DNA of 64,000 nucleotides from Azolla caroliniana (taxonomy: Eukaryota; Plantae; Polypodiophyta): contig JBHGNT010000004.1 of NCBI GenBank assembly GCA_043228905.1, forward strand, positions 7,750,001 to 7,814,000, in the 5' to 3' direction. A model generated the notes under the pieces. It saw only the letters and a program-made list of their open reading frames with translations, was not told the DNA's origin and did not search any database. Shown piece after piece: positions 53,106 to 64,000 of this stretch. The position numbers were made by a program, and so were the translations under genes. How positions within the stretch are numbered: the first letter of the stretch is position 1; each line of letters starts with the position of its first letter.

Positions 53106-56100
53106 TGTTGCCATTTAGGAACACGGTCCGCGGTCAGTCCTTCGACCTAGACCTCAAAGTGGGTGTGGAACAACGAACAAGTGTTTAAGCGTATAAGGGA
53201 AGACAGCTACAACCTATCAGCGTATAAGGGAAGACGGCTACAACCGAATCCCTATCAAGGGTTACACTTACGTACTACAACGCTTAAGTATTTAAGACAC
53301 CCACACTGAATTAGCCGTAGCTATACACAGAAAATCAGAGAAGATAGAATTCTATTATTAGGCGTTTCTTTACATTCCCCAAAATTACACGCACATCCAT
53401 TAGAGGTTTTCTGCCCTTTATATATGCAGGGTCTAATTAGCCATTCACGCTTCTTGCGTGAACCGTTACATGCGTTATGCTCTTATATAATTTCTTATTC
53501 CTACGCTTTTGTCCGTCGGTTACTATTCCGGCGGACAACACTTGGCACGCCTGTGGGACAGTGCCTTTGCACGTCGGACCCATCCCGTTAATCTTCTTCC
53601 AAAATGGCCCGGATGTTTAGCTCTGCTGTGGTGTCCTCGTCCGGAGGTGATGTAGGGCCCGTAGGTGCATCGTGGTGCGGCTCCTCTGTTTGGTCGGGCT
53701 GGTTTCTCCCGGAGTCGCGGTCGCCGTGTGTGGGTGGTCCAGGTACGGTGGGCTCTTCTTGAGTTAGTGGGTTGGGCTCCGCCGTTGTCGTGCTTGCAGT
53801 CGGTTGTGGCTCTGCCTCCATTGTTACGTCCTCCGTGGTGTTGGTCGTTTTTGTATGTTCCTGGGAGTGGGGCGGAGATTCCGCCTGGTCCGCACCGTTC
53901 TTCGCGTGGTCTGATGATAGTGTGGGCTCGTGTGGTTGGACCTCTTGTTGGGTAGTGGTTTCGCTGTCTGGTCCTGTGGGGAACTCCACTCGTCAGTCCC
54001 CGCTATTCTCCCTTGTTGTCATCTCTGGTGATCGAGCCTGAGGTTCCTCTTCTTCGGCTGTGGCCGGAATTGGTGTCGCACTGGATTCCTCGTTTGTGCA
54101 CGTGTTGCCGGCTTGTGTGATCTAGTGAAATAGCTCCTCCTGACTTTCACCAAAATCATCTAAGAGTTGTGTGAGTTCTTCGGAGTGTTGGTCTGCTAGC
54201 GCACGATAGTCTTGCGCTAGGTCCTCTCGTACGGTCGCAATGCTCTCCTCATTTAGTTTATAGAAACCTCGACCGTCTTTTCGCCGGTTCTCCCAGTCCG
54301 CACGATACGCGTGCAATTCCGCTGCTTGGGTTGCCCACGCCATCCATCCTTTGTCCAACACCGCTTTCAATTGCGTTGTGAACCTCTCCCGATTTGTTTG
54401 GAGAGGATCCGCATGTTATCTTTGATGGCCTGGCAACGGTTGCGTGCGTCTTCCATCGATTTCTGGAGATTTGCGATTTCCTGCTGTTTAACGGTTGCCG
54501 CTTCCTCATACGTGGCCTTCAGGCCCGCCCACAACTGGGATTCCTTTGCATGCTGTTCTTCTAATTTCCCCATCTCATTGTTTAGGCGGATTTCGAGCTG
54601 ATGCCTTCTGTCTTGTTTGACCACCAACTGCTCATTGAACCATACCTTCTTTTTTTCTAATAAGGCTCGAAGTCCTGCTATTGCCGCCTCCGATTTCTTT
54701 GCGTCCTCTCGTAATTGTGCGCAGTCGTCCTTTGTCTGGATGTGCTGAGCTACCTCCGTAGCTAGTTTCTCTTCAAGAGTTTTTACTGCCTTTTGTCTGT
54801 TAGCCCGTATCTCCTTTTCTCTGTCTGAGGATTGGCGTAGTTTTGCTCGAAGACGGTCAATTTCGGATTCCGCTAGCTGCACGGCCCTTTTTGCTTTTGA
54901 GGCGATGGCGGTCTGAGCCTTGATTTCTTCTTTTAGAGCGTCGATGACGTGGTTCGGTGGTGGGGTTGCGTGTTGCGCCGTAGTCGCGTGAGCTTCCAAC
55001 TCCGCGATGCGTGCGTTGGCTTTTTGCAGTTCAGCTTCGGTCAGTTTAACCTTCTTCTAGACATTCTTATTTTTTTATGGCCATCTCCTTGGCGCCCGTG
55101 CTGACCTTTGCCAGTTCCCGATGGACTTCGACTAGGGTCGTGTTTAAGGGTGGTATCTCCATCCCTACTCGCCGTAACCCGGCGTTCCTCTGTCTGCCGA
55201 CCCTGGCTAGCCGGTCCTCATCGTCGCTCTCCGTTGTTTGTGTTAGGGCGCGCTCGATCATCTGGCGTTCCGCATGCTCCTTGGCCATTCGTTGGGCGGC
55301 TTTGACCTATTGTGTAACTCCATGAGCTCAAAAGAAGTACCGAACTACAAGAGGGCGCTGATAATCGACCGTGGCTCCCAGATGATTTCGAAGGTCGTAT
55401 TCGGTTCCGCTGCTGCTGAGCCTTCGCCTTCGATCGGTGTCTTCGTTGCCGTGGGGGCGTATTTTACCAACCCCCACCCATCTTTCCTGTCCAATCTGCG
55501 CTGTTTTGGTCTGGGGCTTTCCTGCCGTGTTTCGGTGTCTGGTTCTGGGGCTGCTTCCATGGAACGTCTCGGCTGTTCCTCATGCGTTGTCCGTGTGTCC
55601 GGCTGGGCCGGTTGGGGTTCCTCTTCCCACTCTGGGGCTGATAACTCCGCTAACTTGCATTTCGCGGATCGGGGCGGGGCCGTGGGTTGGCTGGGTTGTG
55701 GTGCTGGCAGGCCTCAGGGTGGAAATAATACCGTAAGGTATTGTTGGATGATCGGCCTAAGCTTTTTGCCTGCTTGGTACGCATGCAAGCCTTCCCTTAA
55801 CGCTGGCCTTGTGATGACCCCCTAGTCGATGGCACGCCCTTCAAAGGTATCGATAATGATGCTCGCCTTCTGCTTAGGCATCCCATATGCGTTGACATGT
55901 ACGCAGTCGACTTCTAGCAGGAACTTGGCAACTTCACGGAAGAAGGGATCCGGAATTTGTTTTGTTCTATAAGCCTTGGCAGAGGAGGAATATGGCCCAA
56001 AATACCACTGCAACGCCTCTGCAAGAGGTATTTCGAAATGTCTTTCGCCTAGTGAGGATAGGTCCAACTTCTTCCGGATGGAAGAGTTGGTGACCGTGTC

Positions 56101-59100
56101 GATGTTAAGCTTCCTGGCGATGTCCATGGCGTCCGGGTGCGGAGGTGCTTCTGCGACCCGGATGTAACCCTCCAGGCATTTCTCCACGAGCCATCGGCGT
56201 AGGGTAGTAGAGATGAAGATCGGCATCGCCAGAGTTGGTTCGTGGGGAGGAGACGGGTGGTTGTGGTGAGTTGGAGCTCTGAGATAGGATGGGGAAGAAG
56301 GTGAGGAGGAGGAGCAATGGGAGTGCTGATAGCTAGAAGATGGGTTTCTGCTTTGTGCAGAAAATCTTCTGTTTCCTTCTTTTTGTGGCTTAGGGTTCAT
56401 TGGGCGGTGAGCCATCGTGGTGCCGCGTATTCTTGAACTAGGAGTTTGTGCATGCCTTTAGTCGTTTTAATAGTCACTATCTTCTCTTTTTTTTTTTTTT
56501 TTTTTTCCGTAACGGTTATTTACAACCTATTTTTACATTATAGTACAAATGGGGCTGTCCATTTTACGCTGTGGGTTCTCCGGCTCTGTCCCGTTCGGCG
56601 GTGAATGGGTTAGGTGGAGTAGGGCCCAAGTAAGGTTTGAGCCGAAACCCATTCACCTTTTGCCGTACTACTTCTCCAGCCAACGTTCCTAGTTGGAACG
56701 TGCCTTGTTCCGCTCTAATTATCCAGTATGGGCCGGTCTAGCGGAAACGTAACTTCCCCGGCATATGGCCCATGCGCGTTTGAAAAACTAGCACCGCTCG
56801 GCCCACGACGAACTCCTTTTCCCTTGTGTTCCGATGTCGATCCACAAACGCTTTACGCCGTTGTTGTTCCTGTTCCAACACAGCCATGCTGTGGACACGT
56901 TTTTCCCCTAGTTCGAGGAGCTGGTAGAGCCGTACCTCCTTCGACTTGGCTTCTGATAATCGGTTCCGTACCTGAATTTGCAAACTAGGTACCTGAAATT
57001 CGACCGGCATCACAGCCTCCAATCCAAACGCTAGTCGGAATGGTGTTGATTGTATGCTTGTTTTGTAACTAGTTCTGTATGCCCATAACGCACTCTGTAG
57101 TTTGGTATCCCAGTTCGTTCTATTTTCATTGACGGTTTTCTTCAAAATGGTCTGTAATGTCTTGTTCGTGGATTATGCTAATCCATTCGCCTGCGGATAA
57201 TATGGCGTGCTCTTCTTGTGGACTACAGCGTAATGATGTGTTAGTTCCCGAACCACCGTATTGAGAAAGTGACTCCCCTTGTCACTGATGAGCTCAATCG
57301 GACAGCCGAATCGACACCAGATGTGCTCGTAAAGGAATTTGGCTGTGACGGCCGCCGTATTTTCACGTAGTGCCTTTGCTTCTACCCATTTGGTGTAGTA
57401 ATCCATGGCTACCAATATGTATTTATTGCTCGTACGGGCCGCCGCTGGTGTGAAGGGCCCTACAAAATCCAATCCCCTCTTTTGGAAGGGGTCTAGTGGT
57501 AATATGGGCTGGTGTGGCATCCTTGCGTCCTCCGCGAGCTGACCCATCCGCTGACACAAATCACACTTTCTACAATACTCAGATGCGTCCTTCTGCGTTG
57601 TTGGCCACCATAAGCCCGCTTGCCATACTTTCTGGGCTGTCACGTCGTCCGCGTAATGGCCGCCTGCCGTGCCGCAATGTGCCTCCCGTAAAACTACTTC
57701 CTTCTCATCCTGACAGACCCCACGTCGCCAAATGCCGTCACTTCCTTTGTGATATAAAACCCTTCGACGAGGCAGAAGTGACGGCTTCGGATGGCTAGTC
57801 GTTTCTTCTCGTCCGTGCATAATTGTGGTGGAGGCAGTCCTGTATTTAAAAAGTACGTCATTTCCATAAGCCATCGGTCCGGAAAGGTGGATTCCGTTTT
57901 TTCTACAAGTGTCGCTACTTGCAGGATGTCGGCGTTCGGAAAATCGTCGTCGTCTTTTTGTACTGTTTCTCCATTCTCGAGTCTGCTCAAAAAATCCGCC
58001 ACTTCGTGTTGCATCCCTGGTCGGTGCTGAATTACGAAATTGAATTCCTGGAGCAACAGCATCCACCGCGCCAATTTCCTTGTTAGGGCTTGTTTCTCCA
58101 CCAAATACAATAATGCCGAATGATCCACGTGGAACGTGAATTTCCTTCCTAATAAATAGTGTCGGAATTTATTAATGCTATAGATCATCCCTAGCGCCTC
58201 CCACTCTGTTGTGGAATAGTTACGCTCTGCTGTTGACAATTTACGCCTCGCGTAGTATACTGGCTTGTACCAGTTTGGTTCGGTGAGCTGCATTAGTGCG
58301 CTTCCTATTGCTATGTCCGAGGCGTCGACGAGCACGTGGAATGGCTTCGCCCAAACTGGTGGTTGTACGACGAGAGCCTGTGTGAGAATTATCTTAAATG
58401 CCTCATAGGCCTTATCCTCCGTTGCAGTCCATTGGAAAGGAGTCCGATGTACGGCAGCGTGTAGCGGCGTAGCGAAGTCCGCGAAATACCGTATCATCTG
58501 ACTATGCCACCGTATTTGTCCTAAAAATCGGCTAAGCGATTTGGCGTTTGTCGGAGTTTTGGCTTGCGTAATCGCGGAGATCTTGTTTGGGTCGACCACT
58601 ATTCCCTCTTTGCTGACTATGTGGCCTACGAGAGTCCCGTTGGTCATGCCGAAGGCACATTTTGCGGGATTTAGGCTTAAGTGTGCGGTGCGGCAACGTT
58701 CCAGGCACACTCGTAAGTGCGTAAAATGGTCTATTGTTTTCCCATATACCGCAAAGTCGTCTAGAAAAACTTGCATGAACGCCGGAATGTATTCCTCAAA
58801 GATCTCCGTAATCGTTTGTTGAAATGTTGCCGACGTTGTCTTTAGCCCGAACATCATGACGACTGCCACATATACTCCCCAGTCCGTGACAAACGCTGTC
58901 TTCTCCTGGTCCTCAGGGTGCATGTGTACCTGGTTATAGCCACTGAAGCCATCTAAGAAACTGTACATCTCATGGCTTGCGACGGCGTCTAGCACGCTAT
59001 CAGTGAAGGGTAAGGGAAATGCGTCCGTAATGGTTACGTCGTTTAATTTTCGGTAATCTACGCATACCCGTATTTTGCCGTTTTTCTTTGGGACGACCAC

Positions 59101-62100
59101 TATCGGGCTTAGCTATGTCACTTGTTTAATTGGTCATATGAACCCCGCCTTCAGGAGCTTGTCAATTTCTTCTTTCACGCAGGTCGCGTAATTGGGGTTC
59201 ATGCGGTAGCGGCGTTGCTGGACGGGTTTCGCGTCAGTTACTAAATTGATCTTATGCTGATAGAACTTGGGATCTAACCCCTTCATGTTCTCGTGAGCCC
59301 AAGCGAACACATCTTTATATTCCGCGAGTAGTGCGATCATCGTGATTCTCTGGTCCGGCCTTAATTCCTTTGCGATGGAGAGGAACCGGGGCTCCGATTC
59401 CGTACCCACATTTACTTCTTTGAGAGCGGAAGCAGTGACTCGTCGTGAAATCTCCATTTCCCTTTCGAATGCCGCCCGTGCTCTGCTGAGTTCCAATATG
59501 GACTCTGGGTTTGGTTCGTAAGGCTCGTCGTGGGGAACAGTGGCCGTGGCATATTCTGCCGCGGTTGCGATGACATCTATTTCGAACAATGGAATAATTC
59601 GAGGGTGTTCGTCGAGGTACGCCTCCAATTCTGCATCCTCCACCCCAGCCAGCATATTTATGTCCTCCGCGTATAACTGTGTTATACCCTTAGGTTGTGG
59701 CGTGCTGCCTTCCGTAGGTACGCGAACCTTGGTGCGTCCATGCCGGAAACTAATACACTCGTGTTGGCAACTCTGCTTGATATTTGCTGTCTGAAGCCAT
59801 GGTTTGCCCAGAAGCACTGGGTACGCTCCTGGGGCGTCCAAAGCGAGGACGACCGCCGAGATTGTCGAAGCGGTGTCCGCCCACGATGATACCTATTTTG
59901 CGAATTAACCCCAACGGTCGCACTGAGCGGGTATTTGCCATGCGGAGCCAGAATGGACATGCCTCCCATTTGGAAATGCCTAACTGCTCGCAAGTTTTCA
60001 CACTGATTACATTGACGCCTAAGCCGCTGTCGATTATGCATCTAGGAACTTCCTGTCCGTGCAATATTTCTGTAATAGCCGGGTTGTGCTGATCCACCAC
60101 CAGTGGTCCATCGCTAACATCTGTCAGGTTTGTGGCGACGCTTGCCCCGGGTATGCCCGCCACCTATGCTTCCATGGTCTGGCGGAAACGTGGAACTAGC
60201 TGTAGCAGTTTTTCCATGGTTAATGTTATTTCACAGCCTACTAACACCTGCCAAATGGGGTTCGGACCCGGTCTTTCGTTCTCTGTTCGCTCCATTGTGT
60301 TCGTGGACTCCTACCGCATACGTTCCGTATTGGTCGCGTTTGCTTTTTCCACCCACCCTTGGGCTTGTCGGCGTACCTCGTCTTGCGCAACCCAATCCGC
60401 CGTTTTTGTTTGCTGGCATGTCGTGACTTGTTGCACCTCCGCTGTAATTGTATTGACAGCAGGCCCCTTTCCCTTGCGTGCTGGGCATTGCGTGGCATAA
60501 TGTCCGGGTTGCTGACAAATAAAACAATGGATGCTTGATTCTCCCTTCTCGGCTCCAGGTGGTGTGTGCCGCTCTACCGGTGCTACTTGCACTTCGCGGT
60601 CCGGCCTCGTTTGTCGGAACGTACGCGGTGGCTGCTGTTGGTCCCGTCGTTGTTCCTGGTGCTGCTCATCGCCCGAGCTTTCGTCGTAACGCCGGTGATC
60701 CCTATATTGCCGTGGCTTACCCCGATAGCCATTGAAGCCGCCCCGTTTGTTTGTCGGCCGTTGATTTTCGTAGCGCCGACCCCCTTTGCCGTAACTCGGA
60801 TGTCCACGATAATCGTCGTCCTCCTCGGAATCGTTGTGATTCCGGCGATTCCGGTTGTACCGGTCCTCCCGCGGGTTGCGATCCTTATACCGGGGTCGGT
60901 CTTCTTGCCTCCTTTGTTCAGCCCGGTGCGGTTGACGCTGTGTGTCCATGCTGCGGATTGCGGGAGTGGCTCTGTTTAACATATTGTACTCGCATTGGTC
61001 GATTGCGTGAGCCTTCGCGTGGCAGATTGGGCAGTGGATTCGCATATTACACTCCACTGCGGAATGCCCCGAGTTCAAGCAAATTGTGCACTGGATTGCT
61101 TGACGAAATTGGCGTTCCTCATCTTGAGGTAACGCTTGTCGTAAGGAGGACATAGAAAACCTTTCCTCCTCGTCATCCAACTCGAGCTGTAACGCTCGTT
61201 CAATTACCATATCCGTTGTTTCCCCTTTCACGCTATTGTTGTTGAGCGTTGCCCGGATGGGCCGGCGTAAAGCTGCCAGAAATGTTTCCTGAGCCTCTTC
61301 CTCCGCGGGGCTTCGTTCCAGTTTCCGTCGTAAATTTTGGAAACGTAAGCTGAAGTCCGCTATCGTCTCGGTCGGTAGTTGCTTAATTGTATAAAACTGC
61401 TCGAGAATCTCGCGTTGTGGAACCCTCTGATGGAAGAATCGCAAGAAAGCGGACTGCAGCTGATCGAAGGTTGTTATGGCTGGTAAATCCATATGTGAAT
61501 GCCATAACTCCGCAAGCCCATCTAGTGTTAAACCGAACTCCGTCATTTTCGACTGGTGTGCCACCGTCTCAGAGAGATTCTGCGCCATGTGGTTCGCATT
61601 CCAAACATTCAGGAACATGCGAATATGAGTTGCGGCGTCGGTTTCAGGGGTAGGCAAAGGCCATAGTGGGAGCTATGGCGGATCGGGAAAGACCACAGGG
61701 TGGCTGTGGTGAGCGTGGTCCCCGCGTCTCGTCGAGGCATTTGGGGAGCGAAGAATCCCCTTTGCACTCACGGCAGGTAGTACTGAGGTCGCTGAGGCGC
61801 GACTTTTGCCGTGCACGTTCTTCTGCCTGGCGTGTGACGGACCTTGTTATTGGCCGGTCTTGTCGTGTTGGTTCTCTGGGTCGTCTACGGCTAAACATCC
61901 ATTCGTTGTTGCTCTTCTGTGAGGAAACACAGATCACCAAGCGTGCCAAAAGTGTTGCCTTTTAGGAACACGGTCCGCAGTCATTCCTTCGACCTAGACC
62001 TCAAAGTGGGTGTGGAACAACGAACAGGTGTTTAAGCGTAATGCGTAAGGGAAGAACCCCTGTAACCTATCAGCGTATAAGGGAAGACGGCTACAACCGA

Positions 62101-62393
62101 ATCCCTATCAAGGGTTACACTTACGTACTACAACGCTTAAGTATTCAAGACACCCACACTGAATTAGCCGTAGCTATACACAAAAAATCAGAGAAGATAG
62201 AATTCTATTATCAGGCGTTTCTTTACATTCCCCAAAATTACACGCACCTCCATCAGAGGTTTTCTGCCCTTTATATATGCAGGGTCTAATTAGCCGTTCA
62301 CGCTTCCTGCGTGAACCGTTACATGCGTTATGCTCTTATATAATTTCTTATTCCTACGCTTTTGTTCGTCGATTACTATTCCGGCGGACAACA
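53106..62393 (-). mobile_element. Full-length non-chromovirus Ty3/Gypsy element with an extra 3' ORF
   Basis: LTRs 53106-53540 and 61953-62393, perfect TSD GACAT. Gag 60311..61657 (three knuckles), PR (IIDSG), RT (FLDD), RNase H, INT 56700-57700, and an extra coiled-coil ORF region 53588-56229. Several stops and frameshifts. Confidence 0.95.
61935..61948 (-). promoter_or_regulatory. Primer-binding site, tRNA-Arg-like (TGGCACGCTTGGTG)
   Basis: Lies 4 nt inside the 5' LTR boundary. It pairs, with G:U wobbles, to a plant tRNA-Arg 3' end recalled as ..CCCACCGGGCGTGCCA. Confidence 0.7.
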
Positions 62394-62550
62394 GACATAT
62401 ACAAGCTTTTTAAAGAATAACAAACCATCATGATATTCAAATTGTCGGTAGTCCATACCTGGTTGCTGAGACTGGGAACAGGATGCCCGAGAGGTATCAA
62501 TGTGCGCTAGAATGTCTTGAGCAAAACTGTCTGTCTTCAAGTTCGCACGT

Positions 62551-64000
62551 TGTCGTGAAGAATGTGCTTCACGATATAAAAATGAGCTTAAATGTTGTAT
62601 TTAATAATATTTGAGAGACTTGAACCCACATCCTTATAAACGATATACAATGTACATACCACTAGGCTAGGCTATTTATTTGTAAAAGTGTGTAATAAAT
62701 GTGCTTCATGATATAAGAATGAAGCTATATATTGTATTAAGTAATATTGAGGGACTTGAACCCTCAACCTTGTATACCAAGCACCAAGTATACACCACTA
62801 AGCTAGGTTAGTTATTTTAGAATGCATTTTCATCATTATACTTATCCCATATCTATTTTCATACATAGCCATCATTCATCACATGCAATGCATGTGCGCC
62901 AAATGGCGATCATGCATTACATGTAACTCATGCATTGCATGCATGCCATGCTCCCATACATTACCATATGCATGGTAACACTTTTATAAAGAGGGGAAAG
63001 GGAAAACAAAGGGAATCAAGAGAGAGTGAGAAAATAATACAATCAAGTAAAGAAGTCTAGCTCATTGGGTGGAGAACCTCTCGTTTCGAAGTTGATGTCG
63101 TGGGTTCAAATCAAGGGTCGGTAGAGAATGTGTTCAGTTTGCGATCAAGGATTGTAAAGTTGGTAAAATATTATATTTTTAATATACATCATGTTTATAT
63201 CATATACTCTTGTTCCTTGATTCATACTTTGTCTCAATCTTCCTTCTTAAATCATATTTTGTGTCTATCTTGCTTCTTGAATCATATATTGTCTCTATCT
63301 TCTATCTATTCTCGTCTCTCTCTCTCACACATTACTCATAACTCTTCTTCTTGCTACTCTTAACCTTTCTAACATCACCATACAAGCCTTATTAAAAGTT
63401 AAGTTTCTTCAACTCCCCTTAACCTTAGTCCCCGCGACTTCGCCGCACGAACCACAACTACCCCGACACATTTGGTGAACCCGACGTGAAAGCGGCGACA
63501 AGGAGAAATGGAGGAGCAAATGAGGCTTATGTGTACGATGATGGAACGAGTGATGCGGGAACAAGGGATGATGGCAAGCATCGACAAAGCCGTCGACAAT
63601 ATTCTCGCACGAGTAGGAATCTTCGAAGGTATAAATTTAACAAGTTTTCTGAAGATTTATAATGAAGAAATGCTTAAACGCGGTGTCGACGAAGCTACAA
63701 AAATTAATAGCTTTAGTCGAGTCGCTGCGATTGGGCTACAAGAGAGGATCCAAGAGCTCCAAAGGGAGAATCAGACATGGACAACATTCGAAAGGGCATT
63801 ACTCAATGAATACAACCTCAACGATATGTCAAGGATGACAAGGCAAGCTTTCATGGATTGGGTAGAGTCTAATAAACATTTAAGTGTTTTGGAAGTATTA
63901 AAAGAGTTTTCTGAAAGATTTGAGCAACTAAATGTTAGAGATAGAAATATAATAGTGCCAGATAAAGTAATATTGTTTCTACAAGCTACTAATATTAAAG
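62551..64000 (+). mobile_element. tRNA-Trp-primed Gypsy element: 5' LTR, PBS and start of gag (runs off the window)
   Basis: LTR 62551-~63468 (TGTCG..CGACA) and PBS TGGTGAACCCGACGTGAA 63473-63490, complementary to the plant tRNA-Trp 3' end. An open gag-like ORF runs from ATG 63508 (MEEQMRLMC...) to the window end. Confidence 0.85.

Larger units (their letters stand above)
51327..62550 (-). mobile_element. Chromovirus Gypsy (3' LTR, chromodomain-integrase), interrupted by a full-length Gypsy
   Basis: LTR 51327-51763, PPT 51764-51777, INT ORF 51998..53095 (HDTHMAGHFG, SDRGPQFVS, HPQTDGQ) and chromodomain ~51790-51990. The pol frame resumes at 62399-62550. Confidence 0.85.

Overview
This is eukaryotic, intron-containing, TE-rich land-plant DNA, inferred to be from a non-seed plant such as a fern or lycophyte. 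A small gene island (~17.8-31.8 kb, all on the minus strand) lies between two nested retrotransposon blocks. The island has three genes: (i) a 2-exon, bacterial-type DUF427 gene; (ii) an intact 6-exon BTB/POZ-BACK gene of the POB1/LRB (CUL3 adaptor) family; (iii) a partial tandem duplicate of that gene whose BTB-coding exons are fused in frame, with all splice sites intact, to a Ty3/Gypsy Gag fragment (capsid plus zinc knuckles), giving a predicted 571-aa BTB-Gag chimera. The left block holds an L1-like LINE, a solo LTR, a non-autonomous hAT element carrying an RTEX-like LINE, a full-length decayed Copia and a truncated Copia. The right block holds Copia, chromovirus and non-chromovirus Gypsy elements nested up to four deep, several solo LTRs and a tRNA-iMet copy. 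Most notable: the BTB-Gag chimera; Gypsy elements with a second, inverted tRNA-Arg PBS where the PPT should be; recurrent antisense tRNA-like A/B-box cassettes in LTR U3 regions; and an ACGT target preference of tRNA-Trp-primed elements. All coordinates were read by eye and no database searches were run.
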